This document shows positions 29,002 through 38,866 of a stretch of 64,000 bases of DNA, piece after piece. The notes below the pieces were generated by a model. It saw nothing but the letters and a program-made list of their open reading frames with translations. It made no database searches and had not been told where the DNA came from. How positions within the stretch are numbered: the first letter of the stretch is position 1; every line of letters starts with the position of its first letter. The translations under genes were made by a program, and so were the position numbers. Where the stretch lies: positions 70,489-134,488 of the forward strand of contig DASXEB010000016.1 of NCBI GenBank assembly GCA_036490335.1. Direction: 5' to 3'. The stretch comes from Chthoniobacterales bacterium (GTDB taxonomy: Bacteria > Verrucomicrobiota > Verrucomicrobiia > Chthoniobacterales > UBA10450).

Positions 29002-30060
29002 TTAGGCGAAAACGGCCGCCTCGTTCTCGATCGCAACCCATTCGTTGCGCGCGCGCGAATCGGCCACCGCCTGCACGACGCGCATGTAACGCACGCCATC
29101 CTCGAAATCCGGATGCGGCTGGACACGGCCGCGCGATTTCACCGCGGCGATGAAATCATCCTCGACATGCCAGTTCGTCTCGAGATCGGGCGTCAGCTCG
29201 ACGGCCGAAAGCGCGCGGTCGCCGATCTTGCCGGCGTGGACGAGATCGGCGCCGAAATCATAAGTGAGCGTGCCGAGATCGCCGTAAACTTCCAGCCGAT
29301 CGGCCGGCGCCTGCGCGTCGATGCCGCTGAATTCGAGCACGCCTTCCATGCCGTTCGCGAACGCGCACAAAACCGTCAGCACGTCGGGAATGAGCACGTC
29401 GTAATTCTGCCGCGACGGCTGGACAATTTTGCCGCGCGCATAAACGCCGCTGATGTCGCCAAACCAATGCTGCAAAACTTCAACATAAATCCCGAGCGTC
29501 AGCGTGTTCAATCCGCTGATCTCGATCCGTTGCCGCCAATGCGCGGGCGCGTCGGGATCGAGAAAGAGGCTGTTCAAACTTTGCAGCCGCAGATGATGCG
29601 GCCGGCCGAGAATTTTTTCGGCGAGCAATTTTTGCACGAGCAGATCGCCGCGCATGCCGTGCGGCGGCGGACAAAGCATCGTGACGAGCGCGGGAAAACG
29701 CCGCGCGGCCGCGAGCATTTCCTCGGCTTCGACCAGGTCCATCGCCATCCGCGCCTGGCAAAAAACATGTTTGCCCGCTTCGAGCGCGGAGACGGTCACG
29801 GCCGAATGCATATAAGGCGGCGTGCCGATCCAGACGATGTCGAGATCCGGCAGCCCGAGCAGCTCCGCCCAGTTTTGCATCGGGATCGCGCGCGGCACAT
29901 TTTCGCGGCAAAACTTGTCCGCGCTTTCGTAGCTGGAATTGGAAACCGCGACGATCTCGACGTCGGGATTTTGCTGCAAGGCCGGCAGATGCCGCCGCCT
30001 CACGATCTCGCCCGCGCCGACGATCCCGACGCGAAGTTTTTGATTATTTTTCTGGCTCAT
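29002..30060 (-). CDS. Gfo/Idh/MocA-family oxidoreductase
   Basis: LRVGIVGAGEIVRRRHLPAL Rossmann N-terminus; HVFCQARMAM. Confidence 0.8.
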   Translation of the reverse strand: MSQKNNQKLRVGIVGAGEIVRRRHLPALQQNPDVEIVAVSNSSYESADKFCRENVPRAIPMQNWAELLGLPDLDIVWIGTPPYMHSAVTVSALEAGKHVFCQARMAMDLVEAEEMLAAARRFPALVTMLCPPPHGMRGDLLVQKLLAEKILGRPHHLRLQSLNSLFLDPDAPAHWRQRIEISGLNTLTLGIYVEVLQHWFGDISGVYARGKIVQPSRQNYDVLIPDVLTVLCAFANGMEGVLEFSGIDAQAPADRLEVYGDLGTLTYDFGADLVHAGKIGDRALSAVELTPDLETNWHVEDDFIAAVKSRGRVQPHPDFEDGVRYMRVVQAVADSRARNEWVAIENEAAVFA

Positions 30061-30175
30061 AAAGATTGGCCGACGCGCGCGAGCCTATTTTGACCACGGT
30101 TTGCCCCTCCTGTTCAAGAAACTCTTGACCGCGCTCCCGACCGACGGCAGCTTACGCGCTCTTCGCACCCGGCTT

Positions 30176-30445
30176 ATGTCAAAAGTTTGCGCCATCACAG
30201 GATCGAAACCATCACGCGGCAGTGTGATTCATCGCCGCGGCATGGCGAAGAAAAAAGGCGGCGTCGGCCGGCACGTGACGAAAAATGTGCCGCGAACTTT
30301 TCAGCCAAATCTGCGCGAACAGCGCGTCTGGGTGCCGGAGTTGGAAAAATTCGTGCGCGTGAAATTAACCGCGCGCGGCCTCAAGACGATCAACAAAAAC
30401 GGCGCCTACGCGACGTTGAAAAAAGCCGGATTAATCCCCGCCTGA
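30176..30445 (+). CDS. rpmB: 50S ribosomal protein L28
   Basis: MSKVCAITGSKPSRGSVIHRRGMAKKKGGVGRHVTKNVPRTFQPNL... Confidence 0.9.
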   Translation: MSKVCAITGSKPSRGSVIHRRGMAKKKGGVGRHVTKNVPRTFQPNLREQRVWVPELEKFVRVKLTARGLKTINKNGAYATLKKAGLIPA

Positions 30446-31951
30446 TTGCGGAGGCAAATCGGTCGGCGGCAAAGGTGAAACCGGATCGGCCGGCGCCGAT
30501 TCCGCGACCACGGCCGACTCGTTAGGCGTTTGAATCGCGGGTTGGTCGGGCTCGATTTTCGCGGACTCGTTAGGCAAGTTCTCTGGCCTACTTTGCGCGC
30601 CCGTTTTTGGCGACGGCGACGGCGTTTTGCTTCGCACCAGATCGAGTGTGCCGTCGTTGAACTCGATGACGTAGCCCTCGCGGATCAGCCAGTGCACGTC
30701 GGACGCGAGCGCGAGCCTCTCCTTTGAAGGTTCCTCGGCGACGCCGTTTCCTTCTTTCGTCGGGAGCAATTTTTCGAGCAGTTGTTTGCGATTAATGCCC
30801 GACGTTTCCCTGATCGCGCGCAGGATCGCGGCAAGGCTCGGCGAAACCGAACCCGCGCCGAGCCCGAACCCGCGCGGCCGCACCGAGGCGACGAAAAGCA
30901 TCGATTTGCGATGCCGAAAAAGATGCAGCCCGTTGGCCGGAAACGCAGCGATCAACTCCTGCATCATTTTCATCGGCGCGCGAATCTCCTGCGACCACAC
31001 CGCCTCGATCGCGCCGCCGAGCGCGCGGTCCGCCAGCCGCCGACTGGCGACGCCGTCGAGCTTGACCTCGCTGCTTTCGCGCACCAGACCCGGCAGATAA
31101 TTTTGCCGGAAATGGCGCTCCGCTTCGGCGACATTTTGAAAGATGAGCGGCGGCTCTTCTTTCAGGGTCGTGAAGGTGACGACGTTGCGCGCATCTTCTT
31201 TCCAGCGCTCGACGATTTCCAGATCGTTCACGATCTCGATCTGGCGCTGATAATCGGAAAAACTCATCCGCCGGCTGAAGCGTTGCTCGTAAAGCGTCCG
31301 CAACTTTTGCTGATACGCGTGATGATTCGTCGGGCCAAGGAGCGTGCCGCTCAGCCGATCGCGCGCGACACTGGCGAAATTGCCTTTGATCGGCTCGCTC
31401 TGCACGACTTCGACGCGGTAAAAATTTTCCTTTTCGTCCGCGAACGCGTCTTGCTCGAGCCGGCGACGATCGCTCGCAACCGCTCCATTTTCGCCGAGCT
31501 GAAAAAGCGGGCCGCTCTCGCCTTGCAATTGCACATCGTAGCGTTCCGGCTTTTCCAAAAACATCCGCGCGAGAAAAAAAACCGAGTAAGCGACATGGCC
31601 CTCCTTGATCTGGCGCAGGACATTTTCGAGCGCGCGCGCTTCGGGTTTGAAACGCACCTCGACCTTCGGCAGCGGCGCGAATTTTTCTTCCGTCGACGTC
31701 GCGCGCGCAGGCGGACGCGGTTCGCGCGCACGCGTCTGTTCGCGCGGGCCGCGGCGTTGTTGCGGCGGCTTGCGACCGGCTGGTCGCGGGCCACGATCGC
31801 GCCGCTCGCCGCGGTCACGATGCGGGCGATCGTGGACGCTCGCTTCTTCGCCCGCGAAATCGGCGTAACGATTCTCGTTAGGCGATTCTGTCGCCCAAGC
31901 CGGCAGCATTTTCAGGTCGAAAAGATCGGCAGCCGGATCTTGCTCGGACAT
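30431..31951 (-). CDS. Hypothetical protein with an Arg-rich low-complexity N-terminal region
   Basis: 506 aa from ATG 31951. No family recognised. Its 3' end overlaps rpmB convergently by 15 nt. Divergent from acpP. Confidence 0.5.
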   Translation of the reverse strand: MSEQDPAADLFDLKMLPAWATESPNENRYADFAGEEASVHDRPHRDRGERRDRGPRPAGRKPPQQRRGPREQTRAREPRPPARATSTEEKFAPLPKVEVRFKPEARALENVLRQIKEGHVAYSVFFLARMFLEKPERYDVQLQGESGPLFQLGENGAVASDRRRLEQDAFADEKENFYRVEVVQSEPIKGNFASVARDRLSGTLLGPTNHHAYQQKLRTLYEQRFSRRMSFSDYQRQIEIVNDLEIVERWKEDARNVVTFTTLKEEPPLIFQNVAEAERHFRQNYLPGLVRESSEVKLDGVASRRLADRALGGAIEAVWSQEIRAPMKMMQELIAAFPANGLHLFRHRKSMLFVASVRPRGFGLGAGSVSPSLAAILRAIRETSGINRKQLLEKLLPTKEGNGVAEEPSKERLALASDVHWLIREGYVIEFNDGTLDLVRSKTPSPSPKTGAQSRPENLPNESAKIEPDQPAIQTPNESAVVAESAPADPVSPLPPTDLPPQSGGD

Positions 31952-32117
31952 CTCGTTCTTTACCGTGCGGAGAGGCGGATGTAAAATCGCCGGCCCGCAG
32001 AAAAATGACGCCGCGGCGCGAAAAAAATTGACAAGCAACGCGATTATTTTAGTTGCCAACTGGAGTGGTCGCCTTTAAGGCGTCACCCACAGCAACCCAA
32101 TCAGGAGTTAAATTTTT

Positions 32118-32369
32118 ATGGCGGACAAACCGATCGAAGAAAAAGTGAAAGAGATCATCGTCGAGCAACTCGGCGTGAATCCCGAACAGGTCACGCCAAA
32201 TGCTTCGTTCATTGAAGATCTCGGCGCCGATTCGCTCGACATCGTCGAGCTGGTGATGGCTTTTGAGGAGGAATTCTCGGTCGAAGTGCCCGACGAAGAC
32301 GCGGAGAAATTGCAGACCGTCGGCGACGTCGTGAAATACATCGAGGACAAGTCGCAGAACAAGGAATAG
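32118..32369 (+). CDS. acpP: Acyl carrier protein
   Basis: [22 protein letters not shown] contains the phosphopantetheine-attachment DSLD motif. AGGAG lies 11 nt upstream. Confidence 0.95.
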   Translation: MADKPIEEKVKEIIVEQLGVNPEQVTPNASFIEDLGADSLDIVELVMAFEEEFSVEVPDEDAEKLQTVGDVVKYIEDKSQNKE

Positions 32370-32417
32370 CGACTTTTTCCCGCGGCTGCGCGCGGCTTCA
32401 TTGTTTTATCTGACAGG

Positions 32418-32444
32418 AAACACGGCTGCGGCCGTGTTTTTTGT
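32418..32444 (+). terminator. Intrinsic terminator after acpP
   Basis: AAACACGGC (32418-32426), loop TGCG, GCCGTGTTT (32431-32439), running into a T-tract. Confidence 0.7.
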
Positions 32445-32486
32445 TGGCGCGGGTTGCAGTCGCCAACTCGCGAGAGAAAATAGCGC

Positions 32487-33623
32487 GTGAATCTCGTCTG
32501 GCTGAATCGCCCGATCTTCGATCTCGGCAGCCACCACATCTCGATCCTCGGCATTGCCGCGTTCGTCGGGCTCTTCGCCTTCGGCATTATCGTCGCGCGC
32601 TTCGTCCAAAGCGGACTCGTTAGGCGATTTCTCGGCCGCTTAAAACTCGACAGCAATCTGGCCGCGATTGTGACCACGATTCTGAGCGCGGTCGCGCTCG
32701 TTTTTTTCACCGTCGCCGCGATCAACGGCCTCGGCGTTCCGCTCGAATGGAGTGCGCCGCTGCCCGGCGTGCCGATCAGCCTGCTGCAAATTTTTCTGCT
32801 CGTCGGCCTGCTCTTTTTCGTCTTCTGGATTTCGTCGCGGACGAAACGTTTTCTCTTCAATCGCTTCCTCGTCCACAGCGGCCTCGATCGCTCGCTCCAG
32901 TACGCGATCTCGCAAATCGTCTCCAACGTCGTCCTCGTCGTCGGCATTTTCATCGTCCTGCAAAACACCGGTATTCATCTCGAGGCGCTGACCGTTTTTG
33001 CCGGCGCGGTCGGCGTCGGGATCGGTTTTGGATTGCAGAATATCACGAGCAATTTCATCAGCGGCCTCGTCATTCTGGCCGAACGCCCGATCGCAATCGG
33101 CGACCGCGTCGAGGTCGCGGGCGTGACCGGGCAGGTGCAAAAAATTCGCGCGCGCAGCACGGTCGTCGTGACGAACGACAACATCGCCACGATCATTCCG
33201 AACCAGAAATTCATCGACTCGCCGGTGACGAACTGGACCTGGGGCGACCCGAAAGTGCGCTTCCGCATTCCAATCGGCGTCGCCTACGGCAGCGATGTCG
33301 AACTCGTTAGGCAAAAACTAATCGAGGCCGCGCAGCAGGATCCGCACACCTTGAAAGACCCGGCGCCGAGCGTTTTTTTTGTCGGCTTCGGCGACAGCAC
33401 GCTCAACTTCGAGCTCGTCGCGTGGAGCGATGAGATGAGTCACCGCCCGCGCCGTTATCGGAGCGATCTGAATTTCGCGATCGAGAAAAAATGCCGCGAA
33501 TCCAGGATCGAGATTGCCTTTCCGCAACGCGACATCAATATCCGCAGTGGCGTGCTCAAAGTGGAGTCGGTCGCCCCCGAGCGCGCCGAGCCTTCGGCGG
33601 AGGAACGCATGCCCGCGGGTTGA
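32487..33623 (+). CDS. Mechanosensitive ion channel (MscS family)
   Basis: TM helices followed by LAERPIAIGDRVEVAGVTGQVQKIRARSTVVVTNDNIATIIPNQKFIDSPVTNWT. GTG start. Confidence 0.85.
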   Translation: MNLVWLNRPIFDLGSHHISILGIAAFVGLFAFGIIVARFVQSGLVRRFLGRLKLDSNLAAIVTTILSAVALVFFTVAAINGLGVPLEWSAPLPGVPISLLQIFLLVGLLFFVFWISSRTKRFLFNRFLVHSGLDRSLQYAISQIVSNVVLVVGIFIVLQNTGIHLEALTVFAGAVGVGIGFGLQNITSNFISGLVILAERPIAIGDRVEVAGVTGQVQKIRARSTVVVTNDNIATIIPNQKFIDSPVTNWTWGDPKVRFRIPIGVAYGSDVELVRQKLIEAAQQDPHTLKDPAPSVFFVGFGDSTLNFELVAWSDEMSHRPRRYRSDLNFAIEKKCRESRIEIAFPQRDINIRSGVLKVESVAPERAEPSAEERMPAG

Positions 33624-33718
33624 AAAATCGCCCGTTTTGGTTACTTGGTTAAGCTATTCACAGTCTGGCTTCTTTCCACTCTTGCGAACCTCAGCGACGC
33701 GATTTCTCCGGCGGCACG

Positions 33719-34864
33719 TTGCGGGTGCCGCAGGGTCGCGCCACGATTGTGCGGCAGGCGGAATTGCAAAGTTGTCCCGCCTGGCGCGCCGCCTTCGCCG
33801 ACCGCTGCAAGGACCATCGCTTTTACGAATTGATCAGCGCCACTCTCGAGAATGATTTCGAATATTTTTTCCTCGTCCTCGAAGATGATTCCGGACGGGT
33901 GCGCGCGATTCAGCCGCTCTTTTTCGTTAGGCAAAATCTGACCGAAGGCGTCGCCGGCCGGATGCGCAGCGCGGTCGACGGCATTCGCCGAAAATTTCCG
34001 CGTTTTCTAACCCTGCGCACGCTCATGGTCGGCTGCGCGGCGGGCGAAAGTCATCTCGGCGCCTGCCGCGAAGAGGACGCCGAGTGGGTCGCGGAAGCGT
34101 TGCATTCTTGCCTGAAAGAATTTGCGCGCCAGTCGCACGCATCGCTCGTCGTGCTGAAGGATTTTCCGGCGCGCTATCGCGAGTCGCTCCGCAGTTTTTC
34201 GAACAACGGCTACACCCGCATCCCAAGCATGCCGATGACGCGGCTCTCGCTCCGCCATCGCGATTTCGAGGAATATCTCGGCTCGTTAGGCAAGGCGACG
34301 CGCAAAAATCTGCGCCGCAAATTTCGCCAGAGCGAGCGGCGCGCGCCCATCACGTTTGAAGTCCTCTCCGACATCACGCCGTTGATCGACGAAATTTATC
34401 CGCTCTACCTCCAGGTGCACGAGCGCTCGAAGCTGCATTTCGAAAAATTGACCCCGGAATATTTTTGCCGGGTCGGCCGCGAGATGCCGGAACGCGCGCG
34501 CTTTTTCGTCTGGCGGCAGGAGGGTCGCGCGATCGCGTTCAGCCTTTGCCTTGTCCACGACGACACGATCTACGACGATTATCTCGGGCTCGATTATGGC
34601 GTCGCCTTCGATCTCAATCTTTACTTTTACACGCTGCGCGACGTCATCAGTTGGTCGCTCGCGCAAGGCTTGCGTTTTTATTGCAGCAGTCCGCTCAATT
34701 ACGATCCCAAACTGCATCTCGGTTGCGAGCTCGTGCCGCTCGATCTTTACGTCATGCACACCGGCACACTCGTGAATCCGATTTTTCGCCGCGCGCTCCG
34801 TTTTCTTCAGCCGACGAAACACGATCCGGTCCTGCGAAAATTCCCGAACGCGCACGAGCTCTGA
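33719..34864 (+). CDS. GNAT-superfamily acyltransferase, Acetyltransf_6 (CelD/FemAB-like) type, paralog 1
   Basis: FEEYLGSLGKATRKNLRRKFRQSE...FEVL...YPLYLQVHERS...FFVWRQEGRAIAFSLCL...YLGLDY. Architecture recalled from the family. Start (TTG 33719) is uncertain. Confidence 0.55.
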   Translation: MRVPQGRATIVRQAELQSCPAWRAAFADRCKDHRFYELISATLENDFEYFFLVLEDDSGRVRAIQPLFFVRQNLTEGVAGRMRSAVDGIRRKFPRFLTLRTLMVGCAAGESHLGACREEDAEWVAEALHSCLKEFARQSHASLVVLKDFPARYRESLRSFSNNGYTRIPSMPMTRLSLRHRDFEEYLGSLGKATRKNLRRKFRQSERRAPITFEVLSDITPLIDEIYPLYLQVHERSKLHFEKLTPEYFCRVGREMPERARFFVWRQEGRAIAFSLCLVHDDTIYDDYLGLDYGVAFDLNLYFYTLRDVISWSLAQGLRFYCSSPLNYDPKLHLGCELVPLDLYVMHTGTLVNPIFRRALRFLQPTKHDPVLRKFPNAHEL

Positions 34865-36069
34865 TGCAGTCGCTGGCGGACGCATCCGCGCTGCGAATCG
34901 GGCCGGCGCCGCTTCACGTTTTCGCTTTGCGCGAAGGCGCGTCGAAGATTTTCGCGCGCGCCGCTGATGTCGATCCGGAGCTGTGGGAGCAAACTTTCAG
35001 CGGACAGCCAAAAGATTTTTCCTACTACGAGCTGCTCGAGCGCACGATGTCGCGCGGCTATCTCTATCGTTATCTGGTTCTGTTTTCGCCTAACGACGAA
35101 CCTTTCGCGCTCCAGCCGCTCGTCATCGTCGATCAGGATTTGACCATCGCTTTCGCGCCGCACTGGCGTCGCGCGATCGCCGCGCTACGGCGATTTTTCC
35201 CCCGCTTTTTGTGCGCTCGAATTTTGCTGGCCGGTTGTCTTGTCGGCGATGGCCGATTCGGCGTCAGAAAAGATTTTCATCGCCGCAAAGCGACGAGCCT
35301 TTTGGCCGAAGCGCTCTTCGCCTGCACGCGCGCCGAAGATATTTCGCTCGTCACGATCAAGGATTTTTCCGCGCTCGAACGCAGCGAAATGCAACCGCTG
35401 CGTGACGCCGGCTTCACGCGCATCGATGGATTTCCGCCGCTCCATCTCGAGCTCAACTTCGCCAGTTTCGACGATCACCTCCGCAAACACGCGAGCAAAA
35501 TCACCCGCAAAGGTCTGCGCCGAAAATTCCGCACCGCCGCTGCCGCGAAGCCGCCGATCACACTCGAAGTCCTCGCGGATTGCCGCGCGGTGATCGACGA
35601 AATTTATCCGCTTTATCTCGCAGTCGCGCGGCGCAGCGAGATTCAATTCGAAATTTTCAGCCGCAAATATTTCCTCGATGCCAGCGTGGCGATGCCGGAA
35701 CGCAGCCGTTTTTTTGTTTGGCGGCAGGGCGGCAAAGTGATCGCCTTTTCCTTTTGCATGATCTGCGGCGACACGATTTTCGACAATGACATCGGGCTCG
35801 ATTACGCGGTCGCGCATCAGCTTCATCTTTACGACCTCAGCTTCCGCGACATCGTCGACTGGGCGCTCGACCACGGCTGTCGTCACTACCGAACCTCGCC
35901 GTTCAATTACGAATCAAAACTGCGTCTTCGTCTTCAGCTCGAGCCGGTCGATCTTTTCGTCCGACATAGTTCCGTTCTCGTGAACTTTGCGCTGAAAAAA
36001 CTCGCGCCCTTTTTTGCGCCCGCGCGCTCCGATCCTGCGCTGCGCCGCCATTTTTCCGGGACGTCGTGA
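34864..36069 (+). CDS. GNAT-superfamily acyltransferase, Acetyltransf_6 type, paralog 2
   Basis: Collinear with paralog 1 (FDDHLRKHASKITRKGLRRKFR...LEVL...YPLYLAVARRS...FFVWRQGGKVIAFSFCM...DIGLDY). The ATG overlaps the upstream stop (TGATG). Confidence 0.55.
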   Translation: MQSLADASALRIGPAPLHVFALREGASKIFARAADVDPELWEQTFSGQPKDFSYYELLERTMSRGYLYRYLVLFSPNDEPFALQPLVIVDQDLTIAFAPHWRRAIAALRRFFPRFLCARILLAGCLVGDGRFGVRKDFHRRKATSLLAEALFACTRAEDISLVTIKDFSALERSEMQPLRDAGFTRIDGFPPLHLELNFASFDDHLRKHASKITRKGLRRKFRTAAAAKPPITLEVLADCRAVIDEIYPLYLAVARRSEIQFEIFSRKYFLDASVAMPERSRFFVWRQGGKVIAFSFCMICGDTIFDNDIGLDYAVAHQLHLYDLSFRDIVDWALDHGCRHYRTSPFNYESKLRLRLQLEPVDLFVRHSSVLVNFALKKLAPFFAPARSDPALRRHFSGTS

Positions 36070-36473
36070 TCGTTTTCGTTCGGCGCTGGTTTTTGAATCC
36101 GTGGACTCAGCTCGCGATTTGCGTTCTGCTCGCGACCACGGCGGAAATTTTTCTCAAACTCGGCGCGCGCCAGACCGCGAATCCCGCCAGCGCGTGGTCG
36201 TGGACGGGTCTGACCGGCTTGCGTTCGCATTGGGTCTGGTGGGGAATTCTCGCCTCAGTCGTGAGCCTGTTTAACTGGCTCGCGACCCTGCGAAAACTTC
36301 CCCTGACGATCGCCTTTCCGGTCGGCAACGTCGTCCACATCCTCGTCCCGTTGAGCTGCTGGATTTTTCTCGGCGAAGCTATTTTGCCGCTGCGCTGGTG
36401 CGGCATCGCGCTCGTTCTCCTCGGGCTGATGATCGTGGCGCAGCCGGCCGCGACACTGGAGGAGCGGATGTGA
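36066..36473 (+). CDS. Small 4-TM DMT/SMR-like membrane protein (ArnE/ArnF-like), subunit 1
   Basis: 135 aa, four hydrophobic helices. GTGA overlap with the upstream gene. Confidence 0.55.
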   Translation: MIVFVRRWFLNPWTQLAICVLLATTAEIFLKLGARQTANPASAWSWTGLTGLRSHWVWWGILASVVSLFNWLATLRKLPLTIAFPVGNVVHILVPLSCWIFLGEAILPLRWCGIALVLLGLMIVAQPAATLEERM

Positions 36474-36814
36474 CGTTGTTCGCTGCGCTCCTCATTTTTG
36501 TCACCGTCAGTTGTTTCGTGGCCGGACAGATTTTGCTCAAACGCGCGATGGACATCATCGCGCAACCGACCTCCTCGCGGCTCCACGCGACGCTCGTTTT
36601 CACGAGCGCGATCGTCGTCTTCGCGATGAATTTTTTCATCAACATCGGGCTGCTCCAGCGCTTCGATCTCAGTTATTTTTTTCCTTTCCAGGGCTTGAGC
36701 GTCGTCATCATCGCGTTTGCCGGCGCGTTCATCCTGCACGAAAAAGTGAGCCTTCGCCTAACGATCGGCTCGATCGTGATCAGCCTCGGCGTCATTCTCG
36801 TTTCGATCAGTTAA
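36470..36814 (+). CDS. Small 4-TM DMT/SMR-like membrane protein, subunit 2
   Basis: 114 aa from GTG 36470 (ATGTGA overlap). Hydrophobic profile mirrors subunit 1. Confidence 0.45.
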   Translation: MTLFAALLIFVTVSCFVAGQILLKRAMDIIAQPTSSRLHATLVFTSAIVVFAMNFFINIGLLQRFDLSYFFPFQGLSVVIIAFAGAFILHEKVSLRLTIGSIVISLGVILVSIS

Positions 36815-37645
36815 GGCCGGGAGCAGAGCGCGCAGCGCGGCCAGATTCGCCGCCCGCATCTGCGCGGGATCGCGCGCCGGAAGTTTCGGATGGTCCATTT
36901 GCGAAGCGAAACGCTGTTTGTGTCGCGCGTAAACCGCCCGGGACCACGCGCCGCAGATATCGCCCGCAACAATGTGCGCATTTTTGCCTAACGACTCGAC
37001 GGCCCAGACCAGATCGCCTAACGAAAAGCAGCCGTTCTCCCAGTTCGTCGCCGATTCTTCCGCGCGCAGACAATCGAGATCGATCGTGACGTAAACCGAC
37101 ACGCTCTGAAGTTGCCTAACGAAAAGCTGAAACTGTTCGCGCCAGTCCTCGCGCAGGATCGCGCCGCGCCGCGCGCGATCGTTTGTGCTGCGGTTGTCCG
37201 CCCAAGGATGGACTTCGAGCCGGCCGGCACGCTCGGCGCGATTGTTCCCGAAAATTCGCGCAGGCCACCAGCATTCGAAATTTCCGCAGCCCCACACGCT
37301 CACTTTTTCGATGGCCGGCAATTCGAGCGCGCGATTGACCCAGCTTCCGCAGCCCCAGCGCGGCGGGCGAATGTCCCAGTCGGGATGATTGTCGAAGGAG
37401 ACGACGTTCGTTAGGCGTTGCTGTCGCCGGCGAATGAAGAGCGCGCTCAGATGATGAAAATCGCCCGAGCCGAAAACCAGAAATGGCGGCAGATTTTCGC
37501 CTAACGAAAGGTCGAAGCTCTCGATCTCGCGCGCCGGCGCGGAAAAGCGCAGCCGCGGTCCCCATTCGCGCAGGTCGCGTGTCGGGAGATCGATTTCCCC
37601 CGGCCAGGCGTCGTCGAAATTCAAGTGCAGGACTTCGGCCGCCAT
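36758..37645 (-). CDS. Arginase/ureohydrolase-fold family protein (divergent)
   Basis: GSGDFHHLS, FDNHPDW, VTIDLDCL and GDICGA occupy the positions of the arginase-family metal-binding motifs. Its 3' end overlaps the convergent gene by 57 nt. Confidence 0.5.
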   Translation of the reverse strand: MAAEVLHLNFDDAWPGEIDLPTRDLREWGPRLRFSAPAREIESFDLSLGENLPPFLVFGSGDFHHLSALFIRRRQQRLTNVVSFDNHPDWDIRPPRWGCGSWVNRALELPAIEKVSVWGCGNFECWWPARIFGNNRAERAGRLEVHPWADNRSTNDRARRGAILREDWREQFQLFVRQLQSVSVYVTIDLDCLRAEESATNWENGCFSLGDLVWAVESLGKNAHIVAGDICGAWSRAVYARHKQRFASQMDHPKLPARDPAQMRAANLAALRALLPALTDRNENDAEADHDRADR

Positions 37646-37699
37646 TTAAGATGAAGCGCGAGACGCGCGCGGTCTCGTCGGCGAACGATCAGAAAGACG

Positions 37700-38170
37700 A
37701 TGGCGAAAAAAGCACCGAATCACACGGCGACGCCGAAGGGTGAGCATTCGTTTTTTTGCCGGGTGCAGGATGCTTTTCGCGTCATCGCGCACAAAAGCTC
37801 GAGCGTGCTCGGGACGGCGTGGGCGTTCATAGTCGCGGTCGCGGTCATTGTGGTTTGGGCCGCGACCGGTCGCCTTTTTCATTACTCCGACACCTGGCAG
37901 TTGATCATCAATACGGGCACGACCATCGTCACGTTCCTGATGGTTTTTCTGATTCAAAATACGCAGAACCGCGAGTCGCGCGCGGTCCAGCTCAAGCTCG
38001 ACGAATTGATCCGGAGCATGCGCGGGGCGCGGAATAAATTAATGGACCTCGAAGCGCTGACCGATGAGGACCTCGACGATTTTGAAAAAGAATTTCGCCG
38101 TTTGCGCAAACGCGCCGAGCAGACCGCGGAGACCGTCACGCAGATGAGCAAGGGCGCGAAGTCACGTTGA
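37700..38170 (+). CDS. Low-affinity iron permease family protein
   Basis: WQLIINTGTTIVTFLMVFLIQNTQNRESRAVQLKLDELIR is the family signature as I recall it. Confidence 0.65.
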   Translation: MAKKAPNHTATPKGEHSFFCRVQDAFRVIAHKSSSVLGTAWAFIVAVAVIVVWAATGRLFHYSDTWQLIINTGTTIVTFLMVFLIQNTQNRESRAVQLKLDELIRSMRGARNKLMDLEALTDEDLDDFEKEFRRLRKRAEQTAETVTQMSKGAKSR

Positions 38171-38827
38171 GGCGCGCGCTTCGCCGCGGCGGATAAAGCG
38201 CGGGCCGGACGGGCAGAGCGCGAGCACTTCGCAATTCGGGCAATCGGGTTTGCGCGCGAAGCAGCGGCGGCGTCCGTGCCAGATGAGCCAGTGGCTCCAG
38301 TTCGTCCAGTCCGCGCGCGGGATCAGTTTCATTAGATCGGTTTCGATTTTTTCGGCCTCGGTGCTTTTCGTTAGGCCGAGACGGAGCGACAAGCGCGTGA
38401 CGTGCGTATCGACGACGATGCCTTCGTCTTTATGAAAGGCGTTCCCGAGAACAACGTTCGCCGTTTTCCGTCCGACGCCGGGGAGCGCGTGCAGCTCAGT
38501 CATCGTTTGCGGAACTTCGCCGTGATGTTTTTCGACGATCGTCGCCGCGGCCGCGCGAATGCTTTTGGCTTTGTTACGAAAGAAACCGGTCGATTGAATT
38601 TCCTTTTCCAGTTCGTTAGGCGAAGCGGCCGCGAAATCCCTGGCCGACTTGTAATGCTTGAAAAGCGCGGGCGTGACCATGTTGACGCGCTTGTCGGTGC
38701 ATTGCGCGGACAGAATGGTCGCGACGAGCAACTGCAGCGGCGTTTTGAAATTCAGCTCGCAATGCGCGTCGGGATAAATTTTGGGGAAGGCTTGAACCAG
38801 CTTGGCCGCGCGTTCCTTGCGAGTCAT
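38162..38827 (-). CDS. nth: Endonuclease III
   Basis: HhH-GPD region LPGVGRKTANVVLGNAF...VDTHV. C-terminal 4Fe-4S motif CFARKPDCPNCEVLALC. Confidence 0.9.
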   Translation of the reverse strand: MTRKERAAKLVQAFPKIYPDAHCELNFKTPLQLLVATILSAQCTDKRVNMVTPALFKHYKSARDFAAASPNELEKEIQSTGFFRNKAKSIRAAAATIVEKHHGEVPQTMTELHALPGVGRKTANVVLGNAFHKDEGIVVDTHVTRLSLRLGLTKSTEAEKIETDLMKLIPRADWTNWSHWLIWHGRRRCFARKPDCPNCEVLALCPSGPRFIRRGEARAST

Positions 38828-38829
38828 TT

Positions 38830-38865
38830 GCCTAACGAATTCATCCTGTCGCCGACTCGTTAGGC
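38830..38865 (-). terminator. Hairpin of two inverted genome words immediately 3' of hflX
   Basis: GCCTAACGA (38830-38838), an 18-nt loop, TCGTTAGGC (38857-38865). The hflX stop is at 38867-38869 and the nth start codon at 38825-38827. Confidence 0.5.
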
Positions 38866-38866
38866 G

